DNA from: Patescibacteria group bacterium
Lineage (GTDB): Bacteria > Patescibacteriota > Patescibacteriia > JACRDY01
Length of the DNA: 64,000 nt
Assembly: GCA_041650515.1 (NCBI GenBank)
Contig: JBAZLA010000002.1
Location: 167,659-231,658 of the forward strand
Direction: 5' to 3'
The notes beneath the pieces were generated by a model. That model ran no database searches. It was not told the DNA's origin and was given only the letters and a program-made list of their open reading frames with translations. This document shows positions 36,376-44,389 of this stretch, in pieces; the stretch's first letter is position 1, and every line of letters begins with the position of its first letter. Position numbers and translations under genes: made by a program.

Positions 36376-37429
36376 ATAATTTTTGATATTCGCTAATCAT
36401 AGTTTCTAGGCCAAATTTTTCTTTGGTCAAAGCCTGACCTTGCAAACCAAGGCTCTTTCTTAATTCCGGATCTAGAATTAATTGACGCAGAGCCTGAGCT
36501 AAGTTTTTTTCATCTTTGGCTGGTACCAAAATCCCAGTTTGGTTAGGTAAGACCACCTCAGGAATACCACCAACCCGAGTAGCCACCACCGGCAACCCCG
36601 CCAACCCCGCCTCGATTAGAGCAATCGATAATCCTTCTTCTAGCGAAGGTAGGACAAAAATATCCATCTGCTCTAGATAACGTTTGATATCCAACTGCCA
36701 ACCAAAAAACTTGATTCGGTGATCTAGATCAGAGCGCCGCGCTAAGTCTTCGAGCCGGCCACGGTCCGCTCCGTCACCTACCAACCAACATTCCCAATTT
36801 AATTCCCGGATCCGATCTAGGGCCTTAATTAAATAAGTATAACCTTTATCTCGCTCGAGCCGACTAATCGAGCCAATGATCAACCGATTGTGCTGGCGTT
36901 GTTTTTCCAGCTTAGCCATTTTAACACCATTATGGATAACGCTAATCTTGTTTGGTTCGATTTTTTCTACCTGCACCGAATAGCCCTTAGCGGCTTGAGA
37001 GACCGCCACAATCCGCTGAGTTACTTTGGCTAAGCGATATTTCAACCATTTTTTTATCTTGCCTTCTTGATAATTTAAACTATGCTCAGTGGAAATAATA
37101 ATTGGCTTACCGTCGCGTCTCGCTAGCCAAGCGGCCAAGCGGCCATAGGTATCAGCGCCAAATAAATGAGTGTGAATAATATCCGGCTGTTCGGCTTTTA
37201 AATATTGATATAACCGCCATAAAGTACCCAAACCTAATTTGGTCGATTTGCCAATGATTTTAACTTCAATCCCCTGCTGCAGAAGTTTTTCCGCCAAAAT
37301 CCCGCCCCGGACCACCGCCACGACTTTAACTTGGTATTTATCTCTGGGTAAATGAGTGGCCAAATCCACCACCATTTTTTCGGCGCCACCAATACCCAGG
37401 GTCGCTACAATTTGAATTATTTTGATCAT
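36356..37429 (-). CDS. Glycosyltransferase family 4
   Basis: 357 aa. N-terminal VATLGIGGAEKMVVDL, and EGLSIALIEAGLAGLPVVATRVGGIPEV. Overlaps the next GT4 gene by 20 nt (operon). Confidence 0.8.
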   Translation of the reverse strand: MIKIIQIVATLGIGGAEKMVVDLATHLPRDKYQVKVVAVVRGGILAEKLLQQGIEVKIIGKSTKLGLGTLWRLYQYLKAEQPDIIHTHLFGADTYGRLAAWLARRDGKPIIISTEHSLNYQEGKIKKWLKYRLAKVTQRIVAVSQAAKGYSVQVEKIEPNKISVIHNGVKMAKLEKQRQHNRLIIGSISRLERDKGYTYLIKALDRIRELNWECWLVGDGADRGRLEDLARRSDLDHRIKFFGWQLDIKRYLEQMDIFVLPSLEEGLSIALIEAGLAGLPVVATRVGGIPEVVLPNQTGILVPAKDEKNLAQALRQLILDPELRKSLGLQGQALTKEKFGLETMISEYQKLYESFIS

Positions 37430-37434
37430 GAGCT

Positions 37435-37559
37435 AGTGCTTAATACATAGTACATAATACAATAGTAACAAATAACTAACTTCCCCGGTCAACTGCAACC
37501 TTGGAATTCACCGAATAATACTGGAATTAGTAGCTGCGTACTAGGTACTGTGTACTAGG
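37435..37559. repeat. Heptad-periodic inverted-repeat hairpin element (GTACTNN arrays)
   Basis: Left arm atacatagtacataatac. Right arm gcgtactaggtactgtgtactagg. The right arm contains the TAG stop (complement at 37555-37557) of the O-antigen-ligase gene. Confidence 0.65.
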
Positions 37560-38916
37560 TGCTATTTTTAACAAACTTCGTCGCGGCTAAAGCAACGCCT
37601 AACGGAAACCACATTTTGGAAACAAAATAAGACGTCTGAAAAAGCTGAAAAACCATAGCGCCAATAGCGACCACTAAACAAATCAAAACCACGCTCGACC
37701 ATGGGTCCTGTCTAGTCAAGGCAAATCGGTAAGCCCAGACAATCCGCCACAAAACAAAAACCAATAATAAAGTAAAGGTAAACAAACCCAGAACGCCCGA
37801 CTCAGCCAATAGTTTTTGGATCACTCCGTGCGACTCTTGAGTATCGCCAAACTCCAGCATAAAAATCGGATCACTGGCTACCAGCTCAGTAAAACTACCT
37901 GCGCCATTACCTAATAATGGATGTTTGTGCCACGACTGGATGGCAATCGTTGTCAGATACAATCGATGCCAATTAGAGCTCTGGGCAATATAGCTGGTCG
38001 AAAACAAATACATATAAATCAAAGCCGGCGAGAGACAAATAGCGATCAAGACTGTGTAAACCACAATCTTTTGCCACTGGCGCCAGTACTGGATTAGAAA
38101 TAAGATTAATAACTCCACAATCAAGGCAATCCAGCCTGTCCGCGAAAAAGTCGCTAAATTAATCAAAACCATTAATAAGACACCCAAAAATAACCAACGT
38201 TTTCTGTTGCCTTCTCTAGCCTGCCAAATCAAAATTACGCTAAACGGAATAGCGGCGATCAGCACCTCGGCAATCAGATTATGATTCCAGCCTAATGGCC
38301 GGATACCAAAGAGCGCTAACGGCACCGCCCGCCGAAAAAAGCCCTCAGCGCCGACACCAGCTATCAACGACCAGAGACCCATGATCGCCACACTAATACC
38401 CAAGAAATAAAAAATCTTAAAAATGTTTTTGAGGATTTTTTTGTCCTCAATCAGATTGTAAGGCAAGATAACAAACATCAGATAAAAAAATGACAACGGC
38501 CGCAGAATATATTTGATAGTCAAAAGATTGTCAGCCGCATTAATCAATGACAAACTAGAAGCAATAATAAACAAGACAAAATAAAATAAACCCGGGAAAT
38601 TGGCCCAAGATAGCTTTTGTTCACCTTTGAAATGGCGCACTAACGCCTTGATCGCCCAAGCGACAAAAACTACCATTGCTAAGACATCAACATAGGGCAC
38701 GTTTAAGTCTTTATAAATTATTTCCAGATAAGTCAGCGGGTACAAAAAAGTAATCAAATAAAGGCCCAGGGTGGTATAACGGTAAAAAAGGCCAATTGCC
38801 AAAACCAGAATTAGGACAAATAAAATATAGCTGGGTTTTATTATCACAGCTAAAACCGCCAAAATTACCAAAAAAATGGCTAGCAAATAAATTTGGGCCT
38901 GATTTTCTTTGTTCAT
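37555..38916 (-). CDS. O-antigen ligase / Wzy-like polytopic membrane protein
   Basis: 453 aa, roughly 10-12 predicted TM helices, and a large periplasmic loop with H/R-containing motif typical of the O-antigen ligase (Wzy_C) family. Sits in the glycosyltransferase cluster. Confidence 0.62.
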   Translation of the reverse strand: MNKENQAQIYLLAIFLVILAVLAVIIKPSYILFVLILVLAIGLFYRYTTLGLYLITFLYPLTYLEIIYKDLNVPYVDVLAMVVFVAWAIKALVRHFKGEQKLSWANFPGLFYFVLFIIASSLSLINAADNLLTIKYILRPLSFFYLMFVILPYNLIEDKKILKNIFKIFYFLGISVAIMGLWSLIAGVGAEGFFRRAVPLALFGIRPLGWNHNLIAEVLIAAIPFSVILIWQAREGNRKRWLFLGVLLMVLINLATFSRTGWIALIVELLILFLIQYWRQWQKIVVYTVLIAICLSPALIYMYLFSTSYIAQSSNWHRLYLTTIAIQSWHKHPLLGNGAGSFTELVASDPIFMLEFGDTQESHGVIQKLLAESGVLGLFTFTLLLVFVLWRIVWAYRFALTRQDPWSSVVLICLVVAIGAMVFQLFQTSYFVSKMWFPLGVALAATKFVKNST

Positions 38917-39007
38917 TAACTTAATTATATCCTATTTAAGCCAAAAAATAAAGATTAGTCCGTCCTCAGCCCATAGTAATCCGTATGTCATGACGGTGGA
39001 TCACCCA

Positions 39008-39505
39008 TCATCCACGATTATTCCGATCCTTACCCCAATTTTTGGGGTTATTTTTAATATATTGGTAAATTTTTTGATATTCCCATTGGTTACGGATAAC
39101 CCGGTCATGGAACGACCGTTGCCATTGAAAATGGAAATCACGGGAACGAATTTGTTTGGTCACAACATTTTTAAATGAATTAACAATTTTCGATAACAAA
39201 CCATATCGCATTGTAGGGACAGGGCATTGCCCTGTCCCTACGGGATCATCAATCATAATTATTCCGTGTAAATGGTTGGGCATAACGACAAAAATATCAA
39301 TTTGAATATTTAAATAATGTTGGGGTATTTGTTGCCAACATTTTTTGGCGATTTTACCATATTCATTCAATACCATTTTCCCGTTGATAACATCGCCAAA
39401 AACCATTTCCTTATTGTGGGTGCAAATGGTAATGAAATATTGGCCAATTTGGGAATAATCATATCCTAACCAACGGTTTAATTTGCGTTCACGGTATTCA
39501 ACCAT
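39008..39505 (-). CDS. tnpA: IS200/IS605-family Y1 (HUH) transposase, REP-associated tyrosine transposase-like
   Basis: 165 aa. HUH motif MPNHLHGII. C-terminal catalytic Tyr region QWQRSFHDRVIRNQWEYQKIYQYIKNNPKNW matches the Y1_Tnp/RAYT pattern (WQ..YHD..IR....Y.YI..NP). No tnpB partner. A perfect 29-nt palindrome lies inside the CDS at 39213-39241. Confidence 0.8.
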   Translation of the reverse strand: MVEYRERKLNRWLGYDYSQIGQYFITICTHNKEMVFGDVINGKMVLNEYGKIAKKCWQQIPQHYLNIQIDIFVVMPNHLHGIIMIDDPVGTGQCPVPTMRYGLLSKIVNSFKNVVTKQIRSRDFHFQWQRSFHDRVIRNQWEYQKIYQYIKNNPKNWGKDRNNRG

Positions 39506-39555
39506 AGTGCCATGATAAATGGCTGGGGATTAAAAAAATCTAAAATATTTTATCA

Positions 39556-39583
39556 ATAAAAAAACCCGTACGGAGTACGGGAC
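39556..39583 (-). terminator. Terminator downstream of the island Cys-rich lipoprotein gene; also upstream flank of the transposase gene
   Basis: aaaaaaa-cccgtacggagtacggg. The palindrome contains GTAC twice. Confidence 0.6.
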
Positions 39584-39639
39584 CTGCTCCACTGAGGAAG
39601 ATCAGGGTTTGGTAATGGTTCCCTCCTGGGGAAATGGGG

Positions 39640-41280
39640 TCAGGGCGCGTAGTTGGCCCGGACCATGTACTCCTCGGTCCACGCCGGGTTGGAGTAGTAG
39701 TCCTCCAGCCAAGCGTCGGAACATTCATCAAGCGGGAGCACGGTGGGCGGCGTGGTGCAGGACGACGCGTAGTACTCACCCAGACCGGCGGGGCTGGCCT
39801 TCCAACGGAGTTGGCTCCACTGTCCCAAATGGACGACGGTGAAGACTCCATTGATGTCCAACCCGCAGTCTTGGCAGTTGCAGATGAGCTGCGCCGCGAA
39901 GGGGTGCTCGTCGGTGCCGTTGCAGCGGTCACCCGGCGGGGTGCCCGACTCGGTCACCGCCACCAGGAATTCCACCGTCGCGCTGGCCGCGCCGCACGTG
40001 TCGATGAAGTACAGCCGCAGAACGTGAAAGCCGACGGTCAAAGAAGCGGTGCCGTAGTGGTACTCGTAGGGTCCTTCGCCCTGCGACCACGAGGAACAGA
40101 CAACCGTCGGGGGTAACAACGACGGCACATAGGCGCTGCCGTCCACGGCGAACTGCACCCGGCCGCGCTCGGTGACGCTGCTCAGGTTGCAGTCGGCGTC
40201 CAGGTAGTTGACCACAATGTCCAGGTTCGCGCCCTGGGCAAAAATGATCGGGTCGCTGGCCGGCACGCCGTCGACCAAAACCTGGTTGAGCCCGATGATC
40301 GGCGCCGTGTTGTCCTGGCACTCGGTGCTGATGGTGGTACATGAGTCGTTGCCCTCGTCGCACTGTTGCGTCAAGGGGTTGCACTCGTCCGGGCCGACGT
40401 TGACGCACTGGCCAACCTGGCACTCGTCCAAACCGTCGCACCAGTAGCCGTTGTTGCAGGCGCTGCCGTTGATCTTGTCGGTCCAGCCCGTGGGGTTGAG
40501 CCCGGGCTGGCACTCTTCGCACTGATTCAGGGGGTTGTCGTCCCCGGTCTGGTAGACGTACCCGCTGATCGTGCACTCGGTGGGCACAGGGATCAGATCG
40601 CATTCGTCGTTGCTTTCGTCACACACCTCGGTGATCGGATCGCACTCGTCGGGACCCACGTTGGCGCAGACGCCGGCCTGGCACTCGTCCAAACCGTCGC
40701 ACCAGTAACCGTTGTCACAAACCGCACCGTTGGGACGGACGGTCCAGCCCGTGGGGTTGAGCCCGGGCTGACATTCTTCGCAGGGATTCGCGGGGTTGAT
40801 GGCGCCGCTCTCGTAGTGATAGCCGTTGATGATGCATTCGTTGTCGTCGTCATCGTCGTCATCGTCACCCAACGGATCGCATTCATCCGCGGACTCGTTG
40901 CAAACCTCCGTGAGGGGGCTGCACTCGTCCGGCCCGACGTTCACGCAGTCGCCGGCCTGGCACTCGTCCGGGCCGTCACACCAATAGCCGTTGCTGCAAA
41001 CCGCACCGTTGGGACGGACGGTCCAGCCCGTGGAGTCGAGCCCGGGCTGACATTCTTCACAGGAATTCGCGGGGTTGATGGCGCCGCTCTCGTAGTGATA
41101 GCCGTTGATGATGCATTCGTTGTCGTCGTCATCATCCAGGGAGATGTCATCATCGGTGTCGCCACCGTTGTCGTCGTCATCGCCGCCGCCGTACTCGCAG
41201 GCGACAACGAAGCCGACAATCAGGAAAAAGAACAAGGCGACCAACAGTCCGTTGGTCAGGGGGGTTCTCGTCGTCTTCAT
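39640..41280 (-). CDS. Secreted Cys-rich lipoprotein with three tandem ~90-aa Cys-rich modules and poly-Asp linkers (GC-rich island)
   Basis: The ORF is tracked to 41307, but the RBS 'ggagg' lies 7 nt before the ATG at 41280 (MKTTRTPLTNGLLVALFFFLIVGFVVAC = signal plus lipobox). Repeats: NECIINGYHYESGAINPAN.CEECQPGL..TGWTVRPNGAVC.NGYWCDG.DECQAG.C.NVGPDEC. Poly-D runs DDDDNGGDTDDD and DDDDDDDD. The region is much more GC-rich than the rest of the window. Confidence 0.6.
   Translation of the reverse strand: MKTTRTPLTNGLLVALFFFLIVGFVVACEYGGGDDDDNGGDTDDDISLDDDDDNECIINGYHYESGAINPANSCEECQPGLDSTGWTVRPNGAVCSNGYWCDGPDECQAGDCVNVGPDECSPLTEVCNESADECDPLGDDDDDDDDNECIINGYHYESGAINPANPCEECQPGLNPTGWTVRPNGAVCDNGYWCDGLDECQAGVCANVGPDECDPITEVCDESNDECDLIPVPTECTISGYVYQTGDDNPLNQCEECQPGLNPTGWTDKINGSACNNGYWCDGLDECQVGQCVNVGPDECNPLTQQCDEGNDSCTTISTECQDNTAPIIGLNQVLVDGVPASDPIIFAQGANLDIVVNYLDADCNLSSVTERGRVQFAVDGSAYVPSLLPPTVVCSSWSQGEGPYEYHYGTASLTVGFHVLRLYFIDTCGAASATVEFLVAVTESGTPPGDRCNGTDEHPFAAQLICNCQDCGLDINGVFTVVHLGQWSQLRWKASPAGLGEYYASSCTTPPTVLPLDECSDAWLEDYYSNPAWTEEYMVRANYAP
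40300..41130. repeat. Tandem ~280-bp DNA repeats (3 copies; the two at higher coordinates are near-identical) inside the Cys-rich lipoprotein gene
   Basis: Blocks such as cgcggggttgatggcgccgctctcgtagtgatagccgttgatgatgcattcgttgtcgtcgtcatc occur at 40791 and 41071. accgttgggacggacggtccagcccgtgg occurs at 40726 and 41006. The period is 280 bp. Confidence 0.8.
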
Positions 41281-41337
41281 TTCGAAACCTCCGTTTGCAG
41301 AAGACATTACTCACTTCGTTTCTGTCGCTTCGGTGTT

Positions 41338-42888
41338 TTACCAGGAAATTACGATTCGTCCCGCGCCACCGAAATAGCGGGATTCATCGGTTACCAGGGG
41401 GTTATCAAAGTCGGGCGACCATTGTCGCCAGCCAAAGGCCGGTCCGAGCATCAGCCGAATCGGGTGTTGCCCGAAGAGCCAGTACTCATAACCGATACCC
41501 AGGCTGACAAATTGGTCAAGACCATACGGTCCGCCCTGACTGCCCAGACTCTCCGAGATGGCGTTGCCGCTCACCTCAAAGGCCAGATAGTGGGACGGGG
41601 TAATGGCCCAGGCCGCGCCAAGATGGCCGCTCCCAATGAGGGAGTTGTGATAGCCATACCCGACGTAGCCACCGACCCGAAGCACGTTGGGTTGTCCGGC
41701 GATGGTGAAATCGCCCTCAACCTCGAGAACGCCGAAACCGCTTGCGTGTTGCGCATTCGCGGTAACGACACCTCCAGCACCAACGTGCAGAAATTTCGGC
41801 CAAGACACAGTAACCGGAACAGGAACAAGAACAGGAACTTTTCCCGAGGGACGTTGCGTCCGCTCGGCTGCGAGTCGCTGACCCGATTCTGCCGTGTTAA
41901 GGGCAGCTTGGGCCCGGGCTCGCAGATCCGCAAAGTCATCCCCGGTGTAGATCCGGAGGAAGGCTTGGCCTCGGTCTTGAACCTTGGCCCAGTCTTTTGA
42001 CTTTACTGCGGCTTCAATCTCTTCGACCTCCTCTTCCGCCAGTTGGCGGTTGACTTGCCCCACCATCTCAGGCAGGGTGCCCCTGGTGATCACCAGGGCG
42101 GTGACCGCCGTAGGCGGAGTGAGGTCAGGCGGGGTAGTGGTGGGTTCTTCTGTCTCAGACGGCAGATTAGGCTCAGCCTGCGCCAAGACCCTTTCCGACC
42201 ACCGAGACGTCTCTGGCTCTGGGGCGTTAGTCACCCGGTAGCGCTCACCTGGCGGCGGCGCCGACACGGTGTACTCCCGATAGCCCCCTTGGCCGTAGAC
42301 AAGTTGGAACTCATCATTAAGCCAGTGAACTGCCGGGGTTGTACTAACGTCCCAGATCTCCACCCAAACTTCTTCTTCCAGCACATCGCTGCCCAAGGTG
42401 AGCATAATGGCCTCACCCTTGTACGGATATTCGGTCCACTGACCGTCCACCAGTACGCGGGCAATGATCCGACCGTCACGTGGTGTCTCCTTAAACCGCA
42501 GCTCTAACCGGTCGGAATTGGGCGGCGGGGTAAAGGTTCTGATGCACGGGCCGGCATCAATCGGTATTTCCGGCCCGTCATATCCGGCAGATTGCACCCG
42601 GATGGCCTCAGCCACGCCCAAATACCCGTAGAGCGTGACCTCCGCGACTTCGGTTACCGGTTTAGCCAGGATATGATGCCAGACCTGGTACTTGTACGTA
42701 CCGGCCGTGACTGTCGCTTTCCAGGGATGGTTGCTGTCAAATGGATGGCTCTCGGGATCCCTATTTCCCGGTCGCCACAACCTCAGCTCATACACGCCGT
42801 CAGGGCAGATTGCGCTGGTGGCGCATTGAATCCCGATCACGGGCGGTTTGAGTTTCGGTGGTGAACCGCGAGCAACCGCTTCCTCCAC
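41338..42888 (-). CDS. Putative outer-membrane beta-barrel-like protein (GC-rich island); start uncertain
   Basis: 516 aa as tracked, but the start is actually GTG-encoded. An in-frame upstream extension encodes KTKGKFLIAVFLLLIFGSV (signal peptide) with an AGGAGG RBS near 42945, so the true start is probably non-canonical and upstream. The C-terminal ~180 aa are rich in alternating G/Y/aromatic beta-strand residues and end in ...GRIVISW (OMP-like C-terminus). Confidence 0.5.
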   Translation of the reverse strand: MEEAVARGSPPKLKPPVIGIQCATSAICPDGVYELRLWRPGNRDPESHPFDSNHPWKATVTAGTYKYQVWHHILAKPVTEVAEVTLYGYLGVAEAIRVQSAGYDGPEIPIDAGPCIRTFTPPPNSDRLELRFKETPRDGRIIARVLVDGQWTEYPYKGEAIMLTLGSDVLEEEVWVEIWDVSTTPAVHWLNDEFQLVYGQGGYREYTVSAPPPGERYRVTNAPEPETSRWSERVLAQAEPNLPSETEEPTTTPPDLTPPTAVTALVITRGTLPEMVGQVNRQLAEEEVEEIEAAVKSKDWAKVQDRGQAFLRIYTGDDFADLRARAQAALNTAESGQRLAAERTQRPSGKVPVLVPVPVTVSWPKFLHVGAGGVVTANAQHASGFGVLEVEGDFTIAGQPNVLRVGGYVGYGYHNSLIGSGHLGAAWAITPSHYLAFEVSGNAISESLGSQGGPYGLDQFVSLGIGYEYWLFGQHPIRLMLGPAFGWRQWSPDFDNPLVTDESRYFGGAGRIVISW

Positions 42889-42958
42889 TGACCCGAAGAT
42901 CAGCAGGAGGAAGACGGCTATCAGGAACTTTCCTTTGGTCTTCGTGACTTCCTCCTTT

Positions 42959-44014
42959 CTAGAAGCGGTAACCGACCCGGAACATCACCCCGTAGGGGAT
43001 GGTGACGCGCGTAACGTCTTCCTGGGCCGGGCTCTTGGACTCGAACTGGAGTCCGCAGTTGGGGCCAACACCCCAGATCAGCCGATCGTCGAAGTGACGG
43101 CCAACCAGGCCGGCGTTAAGGATCGGAAACCCCCAGCGATCGGTATGGTTGCCGTGCTCGACTTGGAACCACCGCGAGGTGATCCCAGCTTCGAAACCGG
43201 CCCAGCTCTCGCCGAAAATACGGTACCCGCCACCGACCTCGGTGTCGAGACCCGCATGTTGGTTGGGGCCCAACCCGCCGTGGAAGAAGAACTCGTGCCT
43301 TCCCCACAGCAGGTCAAACCCGCCTTCGGCGATGAAGTAGGAGTAATTGCCGTTGCTGTCCATGTAGGTTTGGTAACCCGCGTACAGCAGAGCGCTCACC
43401 CCGTCGCCGCCGCTCGCACCCGCAGCACCCGGTCTGGCGGTCGGCATGAAGATCCGCGAGATGATGCCTTGCGGGCTATCCCGGTTCTCCACCCGAACTT
43501 CTTCATCCGGATCAACCGGTTCGATCTCAACGTCCGCAATCCCGCGGCCACGCTCACCCGGAGCGCCAGCCGCACCGCTGGTCGGCGGTTTGCGAACATA
43601 AATCCGAACCACCCGGTTTTTGTTGCGGAAGTTCCCGTCGGCATCGCACAAAGTTTGTGCCTCGGGGAGACCAGCCTCAATCTCAACTCGCTTTACCTCA
43701 GTTGCCCGCAGGTGAGCGAGTTGGCCGTTGCCGGTGAAGCCGCTGGTTTCGCCGTGGTAATCGGCGTAACCAGTAAACTTCACTTCCCAGCCCGGGTAGT
43801 CGGACCTAATCTTGGCGGCGACCGCCTTCAGCTTATCCATCTGTGCCTGACGCACATTGGACGGAAAAGCTTCCGGCAATCGCCACTCGTTGATCGTAAA
43901 ATCGGCGGTGGCGTGGATCAGGATCCACCCATCGCCGGCCTCTGCCGTTTTGGCACTTGCCAGGATGGCGAGCGCCACGATGGACAATGCCACCGCCAAC
44001 AGGATTCTTCGCAC
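42959..44014 (-). CDS. OmpA/MotB-like peptidoglycan-binding domain protein with C-terminal beta-barrel-like region (GC-rich island)
   Basis: 351 aa. Signal peptide MRRILLAVALSIVALAILASAKTAEA. OmpA_C-like motif FTGYADYHGETSGFTGNGQLAHLRATEV...NRVVRIYV. The C-terminus ...MFRVGYRF ends in Phe like diderm outer-membrane proteins. Confidence 0.6.
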   Translation of the reverse strand: MRRILLAVALSIVALAILASAKTAEAGDGWILIHATADFTINEWRLPEAFPSNVRQAQMDKLKAVAAKIRSDYPGWEVKFTGYADYHGETSGFTGNGQLAHLRATEVKRVEIEAGLPEAQTLCDADGNFRNKNRVVRIYVRKPPTSGAAGAPGERGRGIADVEIEPVDPDEEVRVENRDSPQGIISRIFMPTARPGAAGASGGDGVSALLYAGYQTYMDSNGNYSYFIAEGGFDLLWGRHEFFFHGGLGPNQHAGLDTEVGGGYRIFGESWAGFEAGITSRWFQVEHGNHTDRWGFPILNAGLVGRHFDDRLIWGVGPNCGLQFESKSPAQEDVTRVTIPYGVMFRVGYRF

Positions 44015-44078
44015 AATTGCCTCCTTCCTACGTCTTTTGCGTAGGTATCAGAAAGGTTGAATCACCGTTTTAAGACTC

Positions 44079-44127
44079 ATCTAGCACTAACTTCTGCCAA
44101 ATAACTTATCAAACAAAAGTTAGTGCT
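44079..44127. repeat. 49-nt hairpin with conserved 27-nt loop, copy 1 (boundary of GC-rich island)
   Basis: ctagcactaac-ttctgccaaataacttatcaaacaaaa-gttagtgctag. Perfect 11-bp stem. Confidence 0.65.
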
Positions 44128-44258
44128 AGATTGCTAGAGTTAAAAACACTAATGACAAAAATTAACACTTTATAATAACTTTATAACTTTTGAACTTTAT
44201 AACTTGTTTTTGATGTCTCTCTACACTGACATGTTTGTCAACGAACTAACCAGCCAGC

Positions 44259-44307
44259 CCTAGCCTTTGCCAAATAGCTTATCAGACAAAAGCTAGAGCT
44301 GGGTAAA
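44259..44307. repeat. 49-nt hairpin with conserved 27-nt loop, copy 2
   Basis: cagccctagc-ctttgccaaatagcttatcagacaaaa-gctagagctg. The stem sequence differs from copy 1, but the loop is conserved at 23 of 27 positions. Confidence 0.65.
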
Positions 44308-44389
44308 AGCACTCAGTCTGGTCTATTAACCGCTAGGCTAACAGACCAATTCAATGCTTTTTTGTTTTCTTGCTTTTTTGCTTTCTTGA

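Larger units (their letters stand above)
39540..44040. other. GC-rich (by eye roughly 60 percent or more versus mid-40s elsewhere) ~4.5-kb island of probable foreign origin carrying three minus-strand genes for diderm-type envelope proteins
   Basis: Abrupt compositional shift at both boundaries. Codon third positions are dominated by G/C. All six frames are open over long stretches, which is typical of high-GC DNA. Flanked by the Y1 transposase gene (39008-39505) on one side and the hairpin pair (44079-44307) on the other. Confidence 0.75.

Noticed and set aside
38909-39178. 89-aa plus-strand ORF overlapping the transposase gene
   Set aside because: Antisense to a clear Y1 transposase reading frame, and no RBS.
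39634-42000. Long plus-strand ORFs inside the GC-rich island (39634-40116, 40366-42000 of 544 aa, 42848-44044 of 398 aa) and overlapping minus-strand ORFs (39540-39932, 39929-40603, 40593-40886, 40941-41219)
   Set aside because: High-GC DNA keeps all frames open. These products are Ala/Arg/Gly/Val-rich antisense-type sequences without signal peptides, RBSs or motifs. The co-linear minus-strand set has signal peptides, a lipobox, an OmpA motif and tandem Cys modules.
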